From: Octopus sinensis
Lineage: Eukaryota
Direction of reading: 5' to 3'
Length of the DNA stretch: 64,000 nucleotides
Assembly: GCF_006345805.1 (NCBI RefSeq)
Contig: NC_043002.1
Span: 74,958,001 to 75,022,000 of the forward strand
Each line of letters starts with the position of its first letter. The stretch's first letter is position 1. Positions 51,541 through 63,834 of this stretch are shown here, one piece after another. The translations under genes were made by a program, and so were the position numbers. The notes below the pieces were generated by a model. It searched no databases. It was not told where the DNA came from and saw nothing but the letters and a program-made list of their open reading frames with translations.

Positions 51541-51824
51541 TAATATACACACACATATAAAAGACAAAGTCACAATCAAGTTTGATCTTTCAAAAGAGGA
51601 TTTGTGTCTTTCTTCTTTGGTGGGATGGATGAGAAGATAAAAGTTTAATCTAATTTGTGAAAGCTCACTTGACTTGTTCTGTTGTCAGTAAATCTCAGTC
51701 AGTTATTATCAATCTTCTCAAATATTTCAGCAACCATCATGTTTGGCAGTTTATAATTTTCTCCTGATAATTTCTAGTAATGTAGCTACAATTTATCCAG
51801 CAAGCTGTTATTTTGCTTTTGTTA

Positions 51825-52120
51825 GTTCTCTCGGTGCCGTGAGACAGTCTCTCTAACTAGTTCTGTTTTCTGCCATTATTCTAATTTCATTCCACCTTTG
51901 CCATGTGATTTTAGGGTGCCCTACTGCGCTTTTCCCTTCAGACTGTCACTTTAGTGACACCATGCAATTGCTTTCTTGATCTTATCAGAGGACATCTTCG
52001 ATCCAGTTCCAGCGTCTGTGTCTTATTCTGTCACTGATCCTGTTTTTACCTATTGTCGACACATTTGTATCATTTCAGAGCTATTTTGTTTTTGTCTCTC
52101 AAAGCACGACCCATACCAAG
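51825..52120 (-). mobile_element. Decayed RTE-clade LINE, 3' end of ORF
   Basis: The minus strand reads ISDRIRHRRWNWIEDVL, then SAVGHPKITWQR, WNEIRIMAENRTS*RDCL. Confidence 0.75.
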
Positions 52121-52829
52121 TCCCTTAATAGGCAAGTAAAAGCCTGAAGATTATTTCTTGAGGCTCAGTTGTTCTTTGGAAATGCAATATACAATATGCA
52201 GCGTCTCAACGTTTCACATATTAACATTTCTAGTGTCTTATGCAACTACAGTTAACCCTTGTAGGGGCAGGATTTGAACTCAGAACACCGAAAGTCGGAA
52301 CAAATGCTACAAAACATTTCATCCAATGCTCTCTCAGTTCTTTGAGTTTGCTACCTATTCAGTTAAAGCGGTGTTAAAGAGGTATTAATATGTATGCTTG
52401 TCTTTTCCTGCTTGTGCACACTAATGCTGTGTGCATTTCACCTCTGTATTATAAATCTCTCACCAAGTAGCAAGAATGTCCAAGTAAATAGTAGCGATGC
52501 CATCTACTCTTGAAACATTGATGTCACTCCTCTTTAAAATGGTTTTTAGCTATCTCTTTAACCATTTCATTGTTCTCTCAACTAGGCAAGGACTATGGTC
52601 TAAATCAATGTCTTGCAACTAATTTTTACCTATGAACCCACTTTGATTCTTATTTTGCTTGCATTGACTCTTGTGGATATTCGATATTTAAAAAATCCTA
52701 TTACATTTTAATAATTAACTATTAATCGGAATTGTGCAAAAAGAATTGTTAAAATATTTTGTGTATTATAGAAGTATAACCAGTTTATTGCACAAATTTT
52801 AACAACAAAATCTTATGTGGACCCTGGTA

Positions 52830-53250
52830 ACTAACTGGCTGTATAGGAGCCAAGGAAGAAGACCTTTTCAACATCTGAAGACTGCAAACCACTATAAAGC
52901 TCAGATCCAAACTCATCATTGGCCTACAGTTTGCTGATGTTTGCTGTTGTAGCTGACACTCAAGAAGCCCTACAAATCACTATTTCAGTAGTTATTACTG
53001 CATCACAAAAAAAAAAAGATCACTCCGAGAGTTAACTTCCAGAAAACTGAGATCAGCTGTCAATAATAGCATATTACACAAACCCTCTCTCCTCTCCACT
53101 TTCTCAGTACACCAGCAGCAACTAATCACACTCTCCTGCTTCAAATACCTTGGCAGCATCATTTCCAATGACTGCACACTGGACGAGAAGATTCTAAACT
53201 GTCTCAGTTTTAGCACAAACATAGGCTGACTAACAAAATCTATTACGTAA
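52830..53250 (+). mobile_element. Decayed RTE-clade (BovB-like) reverse transcriptase fragment
   Basis: DLFNI*RLQTTIKLRSKLIIGLQFAD, AVVADTQEALQ, VNFQKTEI, FKYLGSIISNDCTLDEKI (the latter from 53140). Confidence 0.85.
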
Positions 53251-53438
53251 AATGATAGGCAGGATGAGGTAGAGAAATGCAGTTGGTTTGTTTCAGAAAA
53301 GGGCAGTGGACAGTTTAATAGAGATGCGTGTGTATATATGTTTGAGAGTGAGTATGTGTGTGTGTGTGTGTGTTGTACATATACTCTGAGAGAAAGAGAG
53401 GCAAATAAACTTTCATGTGCACAAACATACATGCACAA

Positions 53439-53439
<1 letters not shown>

Positions 53440-53469
<30 letters not shown>

Positions 53470-53711
53470 TGTGTGGGTGTATAACTGTATGTGCATTTAT
53501 GTGTATTTGTGTGTGTATGTGTATATAAGTGTGTGTGTGTGTGTGTATATATGTTTATATATATATATATATATATGTATGTGTATATATATATATATAA
53601 ACTGTATGTATATGTATGTTTATATGTATATGTGTATATATGTATGTGTATATATATAATGTATGTATATATGTATATTTATGTATGTATATAAATATGT
53701 ATATATATATA

Positions 53712-53747
<36 letters not shown>

Positions 53748-53750
53748 GTG
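53440..53750. repeat. Compound (CA)n/(TG)n/(TA)n microsatellite
   Basis: Read directly. Confidence 0.95.
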
Positions 53751-53954
53751 CGCGTGTGTATAATGTATAAAATTATTGCCATATCTTTTTTTATTTTATT
53801 TCTTCTGCTTTTTGTCTTTATTTGTTGTTTGAGCAGCAATATTTTTTGCAAAATTACTATTGTTAGGAGCAATTATTTAGAGATTCTTTTAAAGTCTGGA
53901 ACTATAAATGCCATTATTAGGAAATATGCTATTGGAATGAGTCTGTAGGAATAA

Positions 53955-53998
<44 letters not shown>

Positions 53999-54244
53999 AC
54001 AAAAAAACAAAGCAGAAAAAAGAATAAAAGGAGTATTTTTGGATTTGAGATGTATTCTGGAATATGGTTTAAAAATCAATATTTTAGCTTAGAAACCCCC
54101 TGCAAGCAATGATCTATGTTGCATTGTGATGTTATCTTTATGTAGTAAGTGCATGTGTATATAGAAAAAGTGTGTGCATCTGCATGTGCACGCATGCTCA
54201 CATATATGCATGTAAATATATAAGCATGTGAGCGTATAATATGA

Positions 54245-54281
<37 letters not shown>

Positions 54282-54375
54282 ATGCGTGCATGTATACCTC
54301 TTGTATTTATCTTTATGAATATATATATATATATATGAGAGAGTGAGAGAGAGTTATATACATCTTATGCAAGTG

Positions 54376-54417
<42 letters not shown>

Positions 54418-55673
54418 TATATGCATACATACACGTGCGTGTATGTATATAATATATAATATCCGCACATATGTATATCTGTATGTTTATATTTGTGTAT
54501 GTATCTTTGTGTGTGTGTGTGTGTGTGTGTGTCTGTGTATAATTATATGCAGGTGTTTGTGTGTAATTATGACTTCTTTACATGTATATATGTGTGCCTT
54601 TTAAAACAAAATGCAATTAGATTTATTTAAAATATAAAAAACAAAAGCAGCAGCAACTGAAGAGTTTGATTTATTTCAATTCCCCTTTTATGTTGTGTGT
54701 GTGTGAGATACAACAATCAATTTAATGATTGAAAGAAGTTGCTCACCTAATATTCTGTCGTGACATCAGAGAGGGAGAGAGTGATCATATGGCTGGTAGT
54801 TAGCTCAGGAGATAGGTGGTAGGTAAGTAAAAGAATAAGAGAGATAGGTTTATTTTCCATTGACATTCTTCTCCAGTTACTGCATGATAGGAACAGGCAA
54901 TGGGTGGAGGAATTTGTATTAACATTTTTATTGATATATGAATAACGTCTTAAAGCTTACAAAAAAAAAAAGAAAAAATAAAGAACTGGAGCAAAACATA
55001 TATAATATATATGTGTGTGTGTGTGTTAATGTCTGTGTAATTTAATGTATATTTGACATGTTAAAAGTTAGTAATTGGTCAGAGAATTTGCAAAAGAAAT
55101 ACATTTTGCAATAGATATTGATTCATTTTACATATTAAGAAGGTTTCCATTTCTACGCTGTAAAACTCATTAGCTCTCGGTTATTTTAGCATCCTGTATC
55201 AAGTAATTTCACTCTGCTGCTAACTAAGTGGGTTGGTACAACAGTGAGTCGGTGCTTTATACCTTTTACATGGCTCAGTGCCACTGACAGGATATATGTT
55301 TTTGATTCTTCGCTATATGGAATCACCTTATCCAGGAGCCAGTCACAATGAAAGCATTTTTTTCTTCTTTCCTCTTTGTTTTCTTTTTTCGTCTTCCTAT
55401 AATCCTATTATGTTGTTAAATGGAAACCATGTGTCTAAGTCTTAAGTCTTAGAACTGCATTCCTACAAGACTGATTAATAGCTAGACAACCAAATTGGTG
55501 ATTCTTCGGTTATTCCCTGCAACAAAGATTTTAGTTGAGATGACTATTAAACTGGTTATTATTATGTGTAAGTATTTGCAGTATGAATTGTGGAAACCTA
55601 CAGAACAAGTACCAAGCAGTGGTGAACTTTAGGTTAGTTAAAATATGTTTGTTACGCATTTCAACTTCTCCAG

Positions 55674-55797
55674 GCAAATTCACTGCAGTTACCATTGAGG
55701 TGGGGTGGCTCACTTGTGGTTAAAAGGTGCTAATTCACCATGTCTGAGCAGTGTTGCTCTCTTGGATTCTCAGACAACAGAGGGCAACACTAGGCAG
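55674..55797 (+). other. Candidate 124-nt non-coding exon
   Basis: CATTTCAACTTCTCCAG acceptor and CAG|GTATGG donor; GC-richer than flanks; no frame open throughout. Confidence 0.25.
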
Positions 55798-56149
55798 GTA
55801 TGGTAATTCTACATGTTTTACCATAAGGGAATAACAGTAAGCTTGCCTTTTGAAGTTGAAATATGTCGCAAACATATTTTAACTAACCTAGAGTTACTAA
55901 AATTTGTAGCCAAGTAGGGTCAGCCTGTGTTGATAATGATAAAATCAGAAACAAAAGCACAAGGGAAGTTTGGTGGTGCTTCTTGAGATAAAATAGGGTG
56001 CCAACATTCAGTTATATTTTAATTATTTCAAACAGAGCTGACCACCAAGACAGTTTACCGATCTGAACTTTTTTTTAACCTGTCTCTGTTCACATTTTCA
56101 TTTCCATTAATTCCTTCTCTCTAGTTGCTTTAATATCTTTATTTTCCAT

Positions 56150-56560
56150 CTTTTACTTGTTTCAATCTTTGGTCTGCAGCCATACTGAGGCACTGGCTTG
56201 AGGAGTTTTAGTTCAACAGATAGACCCAGGTATTTTGTTTTATGAGTCCGGTACTTATTCTATCTCTCTCTTTTTTTTTTTTGCTGAACTGCTAAGTTAA
56301 ATGGATGTAAACAGACCAAAACTGGCTGTCAAATGGTATGGGTGACAGACACAGGTGTAAAGATGCACACACACACCATGTGTATATGTGTATACATATA
56401 TACACAACAGGCGTCTACACAGTTTCTATCTTCCAAATTCACTTACAAGGTATTAGTTGGTTTGGAGCTATAATAGAAGACACTTGCTCAAGGCACTGTG
56501 CAGTGGGACTGAACTCAAAACCATGTGGTTGTAATGCAAGCTTCTTAACCACAAAGCCAT
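56150..56560 (-). mobile_element. Family A SINE, antisense
   Basis: TACTTGTTTCAATC tail reverse complement; GAAGACACTTGCTCAAGG..GGGACTGAACTC head reverse complement. Confidence 0.8.
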
Positions 56561-56863
56561 ATTTGTGTCTATTTGGATCTTATAGATACATTGGAATTTT
56601 CATTCACCCACCAAACAGGTTGACTCTGGGAGGATTTCAGGGACAATTTCATCTCAGTTTAAGCTGTTCCACTTGATACATTGATTTCATCCTTATATTC
56701 CTGCACCAGTATTGAAACTTCTGGCGGAGTTTTTATTTTGGGACTCTTGTATAGTTTTTGACAATCAATTTGTCTTTTGCAATGATAATTTGGCAGTCAT
56801 TCTACATCTTTAAATTCAATTTTCATCTTAAATTTTCATTCTATGAGTACACATGTATATAGT

Positions 56864-56896
<33 letters not shown>

Positions 56897-56974
56897 GAGA
56901 GGGATACACATATGCATACTTGTCCATATGTGCATGTCCCTATTTGTATAGCAGCGAAGCATGTATGTTGAAGG

Positions 56975-57220
56975 TTCATGGCCTAGTTGTTAGGGTGTTG
57001 CACTCACAATCACAAGATTGTGACTTAGATTCCCAGACTAGGTGGTGCATTATGTTCTTGAGCAAAACACTTTATTTCACATTACTTCACACCACTCACC
57101 TGTAAATGATGAACCTTATGACAGACTGGTATCTCGTTCAATTGGGAATGTTGTCACCTCTGTTATTGATACACCTTGGAAATCCGGTAACTTTCCCTTC
57201 AAGTTCTAGGACTCAAGACA
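56975..57220 (+). mobile_element. Family D SINE
   Basis: CATGGCCTAGTTGTTAGGGTG..CTCACAATCACAAG..TTCTTGAGCAAAACACTTTATTTCAC, homologous to 30455-30775. Confidence 0.7.
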
Positions 57221-57530
57221 GGAGTTGATGGTGATGTTGTTGCTGCTGCTGATGATGGTGATGTGTGTATAAAGTGGAGCAGGGGATTTTTTTTCTCATT
57301 TTACCTTTTTTTCTCTTCCTACTTCCTGTGACCCCTTAGCTGATGGAGTAATTGTAACTTTATCTTGCATTTTATATACAAAAGATGTGTATTATAGTTG
57401 GCTTCCATGAGAAAGACATCCGTTGTATTATCATGCCTGTCGATTACTCCTCCCAGCATCCGCAAACAACAAGATTTCTCTTAAAGTTATTAAAACTAAA
57501 TCTCACACTGCCGATGCTGTTATTACCAAT

Positions 57531-57549
57531 GCTGCTGCTGCTGCTGCTG

Positions 57550-57620
<71 letters not shown>
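57531..57620. repeat. (GCT)n(ACT)n compound trinucleotide repeat
   Basis: Read directly. Confidence 0.95.
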
Positions 57621-57621
<1 letters not shown>

Positions 57622-59160
57622 TTGTTTTAATTTTGGTTGGAATTGTTTTGACTTGGTAATAGTTTCAATGTCCACCACCAAGCTGTCCTTCTGTAAACAA
57701 CACTTTAGACTAATGTCTCTAGAAGCAGTTTAGACATGTAATTGTTAATTAATTATCTCTATCATCTTCAGCATACTCATTTGACAACAATTCTTTATTT
57801 CTATCATGAATGTATGGCTACCAAATTAGACATCCCACCACCTTTTTTCATCACCACTCCAACCACCACCACCACAACAACAACAACAGTACCATCACCA
57901 CCACTGCCAGTGATAGCCTTTATCATTTATGTGATTTCAGTCACTCCTAGAAATTAATTATTTGCAAGACTGTTAATAATGATTCCTCTGATAATGCTGT
58001 AGGATGTAAGATGGATATGAAAATCTCTCCCTGCTAAGAATGAAGGTGTGGGAGTAGATTTTGAGGAGAGGGTAGAGACAGAGAAAGAGAGGGTATAGAA
58101 AGCGAGCGAGCAAGTAATGTTTTTGAGTTAATGGAAGTTGGTGTTAAATTGTGGAGGGAATGAAGCAAGAAATTGATTATGCAAACCATTTCTGTTCGGA
58201 TAGGCAATTCACCAAATTACTGTCAATAACTAGAAAATGATTGCCAGGCATATAACTCTCTTGATCTCTGCAAATTTACCGTGTATATATATATATATAT
58301 GTGTATGTGTGTATGTTTCATTATATATCAAATGCTAGTCTTTTTGTATTCTTTTTTTTCTTTTTGCTATTCTATTTTTGTAGTTTAAAGTTAAATAATG
58401 TAAATGTTTTTGTGTTTTATTTCTTGTTTGTGTTGGAATTTATTTCCATTTCTTGAAACTTTAAACATTTACAGAACTATTTGCAGTTTAATTGACTTAT
58501 AATCTTGCTTTCCTAATTGAGCTGTGGCAAAATTTTATGGGGTACTATAGCTATTCTTGTATCAATGAGAATTTAGAAGGAAAAAAAAGATCTAATCCCA
58601 TATGTAATATGAATAACGGATGTTTTCATCTTATGTGAATAGTGGAGGACTGAAAATAAATTACTTCACTTCCTTTGATAAAACAGTATATTATTGGGCC
58701 AATGGGCAGGCATATTTGTTATTCATTTATTCATTTATATTGATGCTTGGATTAAATACTATCATTCACTGTTCTTTTTCTTCTTTTCTCCTTTTATTCA
58801 TTTATTTTTTCTCATAGAGCTTTTTAGTCTTGAAATGATGATTGAAAATTGCTGTTTTAATTATTTTTGGTTCCTGTATATATAAATGGAATGTATCATC
58901 AACAATATTTATTTTTCATTTCAATTATCAAACTGGTTTTATGTCTTCAATTTATCTTTCTCCCATGAATAAGCCTTCTTAGAGAACTGATTTGGTTGTT
59001 AAAACTAAATGTTTCTGTGGGCTTAGCTTTATGTATCCATTATTTTTGTTTTTATGAAAGTTTATTTCTTTCTTGACTTATTTTTCCAGCTAAATTGAAT
59101 TTCTTATGAAATTCCACTTTTAACCCTACTTATCATAATCATTATGGTATGTCAGTGTCA

Positions 59161-59198
<38 letters not shown>

Positions 59199-59334
59199 AC
59201 AAAGACTCATACTTTAAACTCCCAACACCTGGCACAAAGTTACCTTCCCATCTCAATTACTCCCCCCCCTTAGTTGTGAGGGTTTTCCCCAATTTCCTTT
59301 TCTTATTCTTGTCTTGCTAGTTACCTCACTAGTG

Positions 59335-59530
59335 CTGAGGGCACAAAAAAGAAAAAAAAAAGTGCACCCAGTATACACTGTAAAGTGGTTGACATTAGGA
59401 AGGACATCTAGTTGTAGAAACAATGCTAAAGCTGACATTGGAGTTCAATACAGCCTTGCACCTTGCCAGATCCTGTGAAACCATCCAAGCCATGCCAGCA
59501 TGGATAACGGATGTTAATGATGATGATAGC
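59335..59530 (+). mobile_element. Shared (GAT)n-type tail module
   Basis: GCACCCAGTATACACTGTAAAGTGGTTGACATTAGGAAGGACATC..GCCAGCATGGATAACGGATGTTAATGATGATGAT. Confidence 0.75.
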
Positions 59531-60149
59531 ATGTAACTGTTAGTAAGAATACATAAAGCTTACTGATATGATCTCAACCTTCTAGGTTACACTATGCCTT
59601 ACTTTTGTCTCATTAGATTAATTTATAAAAGGGCTACTTTCTTGTTCCTAGTTCATCAGTTGTGTATCAGTTACTGTTCTGTATCCTCGGACAAGAAAGT
59701 TCATTTTCATCCCAGATGACAAAACAGGATATGATACTTGTGGTTAGAGAAAATTTCAGAATTTGGTTTATTATTTTTAGTTCAGCATTTTAAGATTATA
59801 AACACAAAAAAAAAGTTAATAAATGGACTCTCAGACCATAAGACACTTCATAGATAATTCTCTGGGCGAAGTATCACATGCGCGTGCACGCGTATGTGTG
59901 TGTGTGATGGATAAATTATTGGAATGTTTGCTGTTGTGATGCTTGTCCAAATTTGATGTGACTCTTTCATATATTTTGGTGCAGAACTAAGTGCCATATC
60001 CTCAAGTAACATCAGGTTTAATGTCGACCTGCAGAATAACTTTGAGACTCTAAAATTCTATAGAAAAAGCAATTACAAGGTTACCAAAAGTTATTTCTAA
60101 AACTGAGGGCTATGAATATGCACTGTTTGGAGTGTAATTGATGTTTCCA

Positions 60150-60900
60150 TACGAAAAGTTACAAATGCAGTATTGGATCTAAATTTAATCCCTCTGCAGT
60201 GGTAAATTTATGTAGAGTAAGTAAATTCTATCCAATACAATTATCTATTTAAGTGTTGTCCAGTTTTATTTTGAACGTTTGGTTTGATTCTGTTCATTTC
60301 TACTTTTTTAGTTTACTTACTTGTTCAACTGTGGTGAATAATGAACATAATTTCAAAGATGTGAACTATATTTTTATCATCTTCTTTCAATAATCTGGTG
60401 TTGAAAAACTCTTTGTGCAATGTTCAAATACATTTTCAATTTAGTTGTCCTTAGTGGCAACATGTGTGCTTTCAGTATAAACCACTCACTATCAATCTGC
60501 TCTACTTGACATTTATTTTTAACCAAAAGCTTGTGAAAGCATTCCCAAACTTAAATAACAACATTGTTTTCGAAAGAACCACAGTTTTCATTTAATAGCT
60601 TTGGGGGAAAATTATTGAGAAGTGTAGCAATATTTTCCGAAAATAGGCTAACTTGAAAATACCATTAAAATATTCTTCAACACTTGTGCAAATGTTGCTT
60701 ACCGTTTGAATCTAATCATCTTCAACTGCAATTGTTATCCTGTTATAAGCTGTTAATTTCACACCATGATAAATCTGCTCTCCTTCACTTTTGGTAGTTT
60801 TAAAGTATTGCTATTTTCAAATTAGTTCAACAATATTGTCATTGGTTCATGACGTTTTACATTTAACCTTGGATATTTTCACTGCTGATGCTTGCGGGTA
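60150..60900 (-). pseudogene. Decayed hAT-family transposase, C-terminal/dimerisation region
   Basis: Minus-strand segments across frameshifts: EQIDSEWFILKAHM (about 60500), KNIVHIFEIMFII, MNRIKPNVQNKL (from 60297). They resemble the hAT C-terminal ERxFSxMNRIK motif region. Confidence 0.55.
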
Positions 60901-61334
60901 TTTAATATCATTTTCATGCATTTATATGAAAAGGAATATAAGTATTTTTCTGGAAATTGGTGTCAGAATATAAAATTAATGATTCTCTTGTACATACATA
61001 TATACATACGTACGTATGCATGTTTGTATATAGCAATTCCCTGTGGCTATGATCAGCTAGTGGTGAATCCTAGTGAATTTAACAGGGAATGGTTTGTTGC
61101 ACACCAGCTATAAGTTCAAATCTAGTGGCAGTGTAGGTCAGCATGTTGGAGGACTCTAATTTGAGGTTGAGTACTAGAGATGCTTCTTATGTCCTACTGT
61201 AGAAGCTTTTTCTCCACAAAAAGAACTGAACCTGACAATACAGACTAATGATCCACTTCTCAATTGTACAGTGGTGCTTATGGAGGAAATTTGTTCTTAG
61301 CCTGCAGTACATATCTTTAACTTAGCAAGCTCAT

Positions 61335-61675
61335 GTGGCTGTGTGTTTAAGAAGTTTGCTTCCAAACCACATGGTTTGGAGTTCAGTCCCACTACTATAA
61401 CCCTGCATTGACTAAGGACTTTTGAGTAGATTTGGTAAACTGAAATGTGTGTGTGTGTGTGCTGCCTTTTCTTGGCACTGCATGATAACTGTGTGTAATA
61501 CTGGCATACAGATAGTGCCATTCATTTCCTGTATTCTGAAAAAAACATGCCTGACTATGGGGAAATATTGCCTTGCCTGGGAACAGGTGAGTGTTGATGT
61601 AAAAAATCTTCCTTAATAAAAACTGTCTGACCCACACAAACTTGGAAAAGTGAACATTAAAATGATGATGAGGTT
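61335..61675 (+). mobile_element. Family A' SINE
   Basis: GTGGCTGTGTGTTTAAGAAGTTTGCTTCC head; CTGACCCACAC..GGAAAAGTGAACATTAAAATGATGATG tail. Confidence 0.8.
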
Positions 61676-62196
61676 GATAGGTTTTGTCTATGGGTACAAG
61701 ACAGTACCACTTGGGAGGAACAGTCTGCTCTGTCATTTATAGATCTTTTGATAATGACAGTTACGGTTGCTGAATTCAGGTGTAACACTTGCATACAAGT
61801 TTCTTTTATTGTTTCTCTTGGTAGTACTGAATGTTTTTTTTTTTGTTTGTTTGCATATTTTCACTCTCACTTCAGGAAAGTCACTACAAGACAGACGTGC
61901 CATCTACTCTTAATAGGTTGATGTTGCTCCTTTTGGAAGTAGTGTTCAGCTGGTCTTTGTTCTGCTTCTTTGGTCTTCCATCCAGTCATTGACCATGGTA
62001 TAGAAAATCCTCATGGGGGGACACAACACAGATACAGTGGCACCATTCAATTCAAGAATGCTAGTATACTAATGTTAAAATGGCATTTTTTATATATTCA
62101 AGTTGTAAATAAAGAACATTTCACGAGTTTTAATATGTTATATAACTTTACAGTCTAATAACAACATATTAATTTCAAATTAAAAATAAATATTAA

Positions 62197-62991
62197 CCCT
62201 TTGAGCCCTGACCTCCTGAACCTTATTTCACCATATACCTGGCTTCCTGAGCAAAATAAGTTGAAAATTAAGTTAGTATCAATTACAGCTCTCAAAGCAA
62301 AAATATCAATGTCAATAAAACTCTGACAACACAAATACACAACAGAGATGCCTACCTGGCTCCTAGTGTCAATATTCCACCTTTGTATGCCAATCGGTAC
62401 AGTATGTTGATCCTCTTTTGATGCAGAGATGAACCTTGCATTCTTGGCAACAGACAGCTGATTTGACAGCTTTGACTGGATAATTCTTGTAAGGAACGCT
62501 GGGGTTTTCTGATTTGAATTTGTTGTACTTCTTGGCACATACGACATGCAATGTGTTTGTAGACCCATCCTCTGAAATACGTGGATAGTAGCAGCCTGTG
62601 CTTTGGAGATGAACAGAAACTGAATCAAGATCACTTGCAGGATATTCTTCTTCATTTTCTGCCTCTCATTCACTCAATTCATCTAATTGAGCGATCATTT
62701 CAGCAGCTGTGAACAACTGCTTACATTGTCATTTTGGTTCAGAAGTTCAGGCTGACTTTGTTTCATGGTGAAAAAACTCTAATTTCGACATCAAAACAAG
62801 CCACATTCAATTCAGAAAGGCAGCAGACATGTTGTTTTATCATTCTATAATCTAGGGGTGAATGAGCATTCTGAATGGATAAAAATAAATCATCGTACTT
62901 CAGTGCAGATGCACTACACCGGTAGAGCAGTGCTATGGTATAGAGAAAAATAAGTCATCCACTGGTAAACCGGTGTTACGGGCTCAAAGGG
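62197..62991 (-). mobile_element. Internally deleted piggyBac element (795 bp)
   Basis: Perfect 12-bp TIRs CCCTTTGAGCCC / GGGCTCAAAGGG. TTAA TSDs at 62193-62196 and 62992-62995; piggyBac-like Cys-rich coding remnant inside. Confidence 0.92.
62369..62791 (-). pseudogene. Truncated piggyBac transposase reading frame (N-terminal segment fused to the C-terminal Cys-rich domain), three TGA stops
   Basis: One frame: MSKLEFFHHETKSA*TSEPK*QCKQLFTAAEMIAQLDELSE*EAENEEEYPASDLDSVSVHLQSTGCYYPRIS...VVCAKK...CCQECKVHLCIKRGSTYCTDWHTKVEY*. Confidence 0.75.
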
Positions 62992-63112
62992 TTAATTATC
63001 ATAATTTATAGCGCCATTTAATTTAAGAACGAATTGTAAAATATCATTTTTTTTGCTTTAAAAAGTTTATTCTGAGATCCAAAAAAGAAATAATAATAAT
63101 AAGCTCACATAA

Positions 63113-63720
63113 TCAGTATTTGGTTGGGTATCCAAAATTACTTAATACAGCTTTGCATTTGCGAAACATAGAATTGGTCAGATCATATATCACTGTTCAT
63201 GTGTTTTTTCACGATTTTCGCAAATAATGTTTAAAAAAATCATCCTTATTCTTTAGCTTATGACCTTGCACAGATCTACTCAACCTTTCCCAAAGATTTT
63301 CAATGGGATTTAGGTTGGGTGACTGCGCTGGCCACTGCATCAATTGAACTCTTTAAGGCTTAATATAACCTCTGACTAGGTGCGAAGTGTGTTTCGGATT
63401 GTTGTAATGCTGGAAAGATTGGTGCAAATGCTTTCAGGTGTATGGAAGCATAGTCTTATCCAATACTTCTAGATAGGACATACTATCCATAACGTCCTTA
63501 ATTCAGATTATAGGACCAATGCCATTTCCAGACATGCACCCCCCCACACACACACACCATCACACTTCCACCACCGTGCTTAATTGTAGGTTGGATGCAT
63601 TCTGGATGATATTCTTTGCTTAATATGCCTTCTTACATGCTTCCTGCAATCACTGCTGAACAAGTTGAACTTTGACTCGTCTGACCACAACACATTCGAC
63701 CAATCTGGTGGACTTCAATT
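63113..63720 (-). pseudogene. Decayed Tc1-type (DD34E) transposase, catalytic half
   Basis: WSNVLWSDESKFNLF (W at 63687), KHGGGSVMV..GCMS, FQHYNNPKHTS, WPAQSPNLNPIENLW (about 63334-63288), GYPTKY* ending at 63113. Confidence 0.92.
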
Positions 63721-63744
63721 CAAATGTTCTTTTGTCTTTTGTAT

Positions 63745-63779
63745 ATATTTACATACACACACACACACACACGTATAAA

Positions 63780-63834
<55 letters not shown>

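Noticed and set aside
52995-53468. 157-aa minus-strand ORF
   Set aside because: Antisense shadow of the RTE RT fragment plus microsatellite.
57385-57659. Poly-Leu and poly-Ala/Thr ORFs
   Set aside because: Translations of (GCT)n(ACT)n.
62155-62673. 172-aa ORF inside the piggyBac
   Set aside because: It is an alternative frame that crosses the element boundary; the transposase-like motifs are in the frame ending at 62369.
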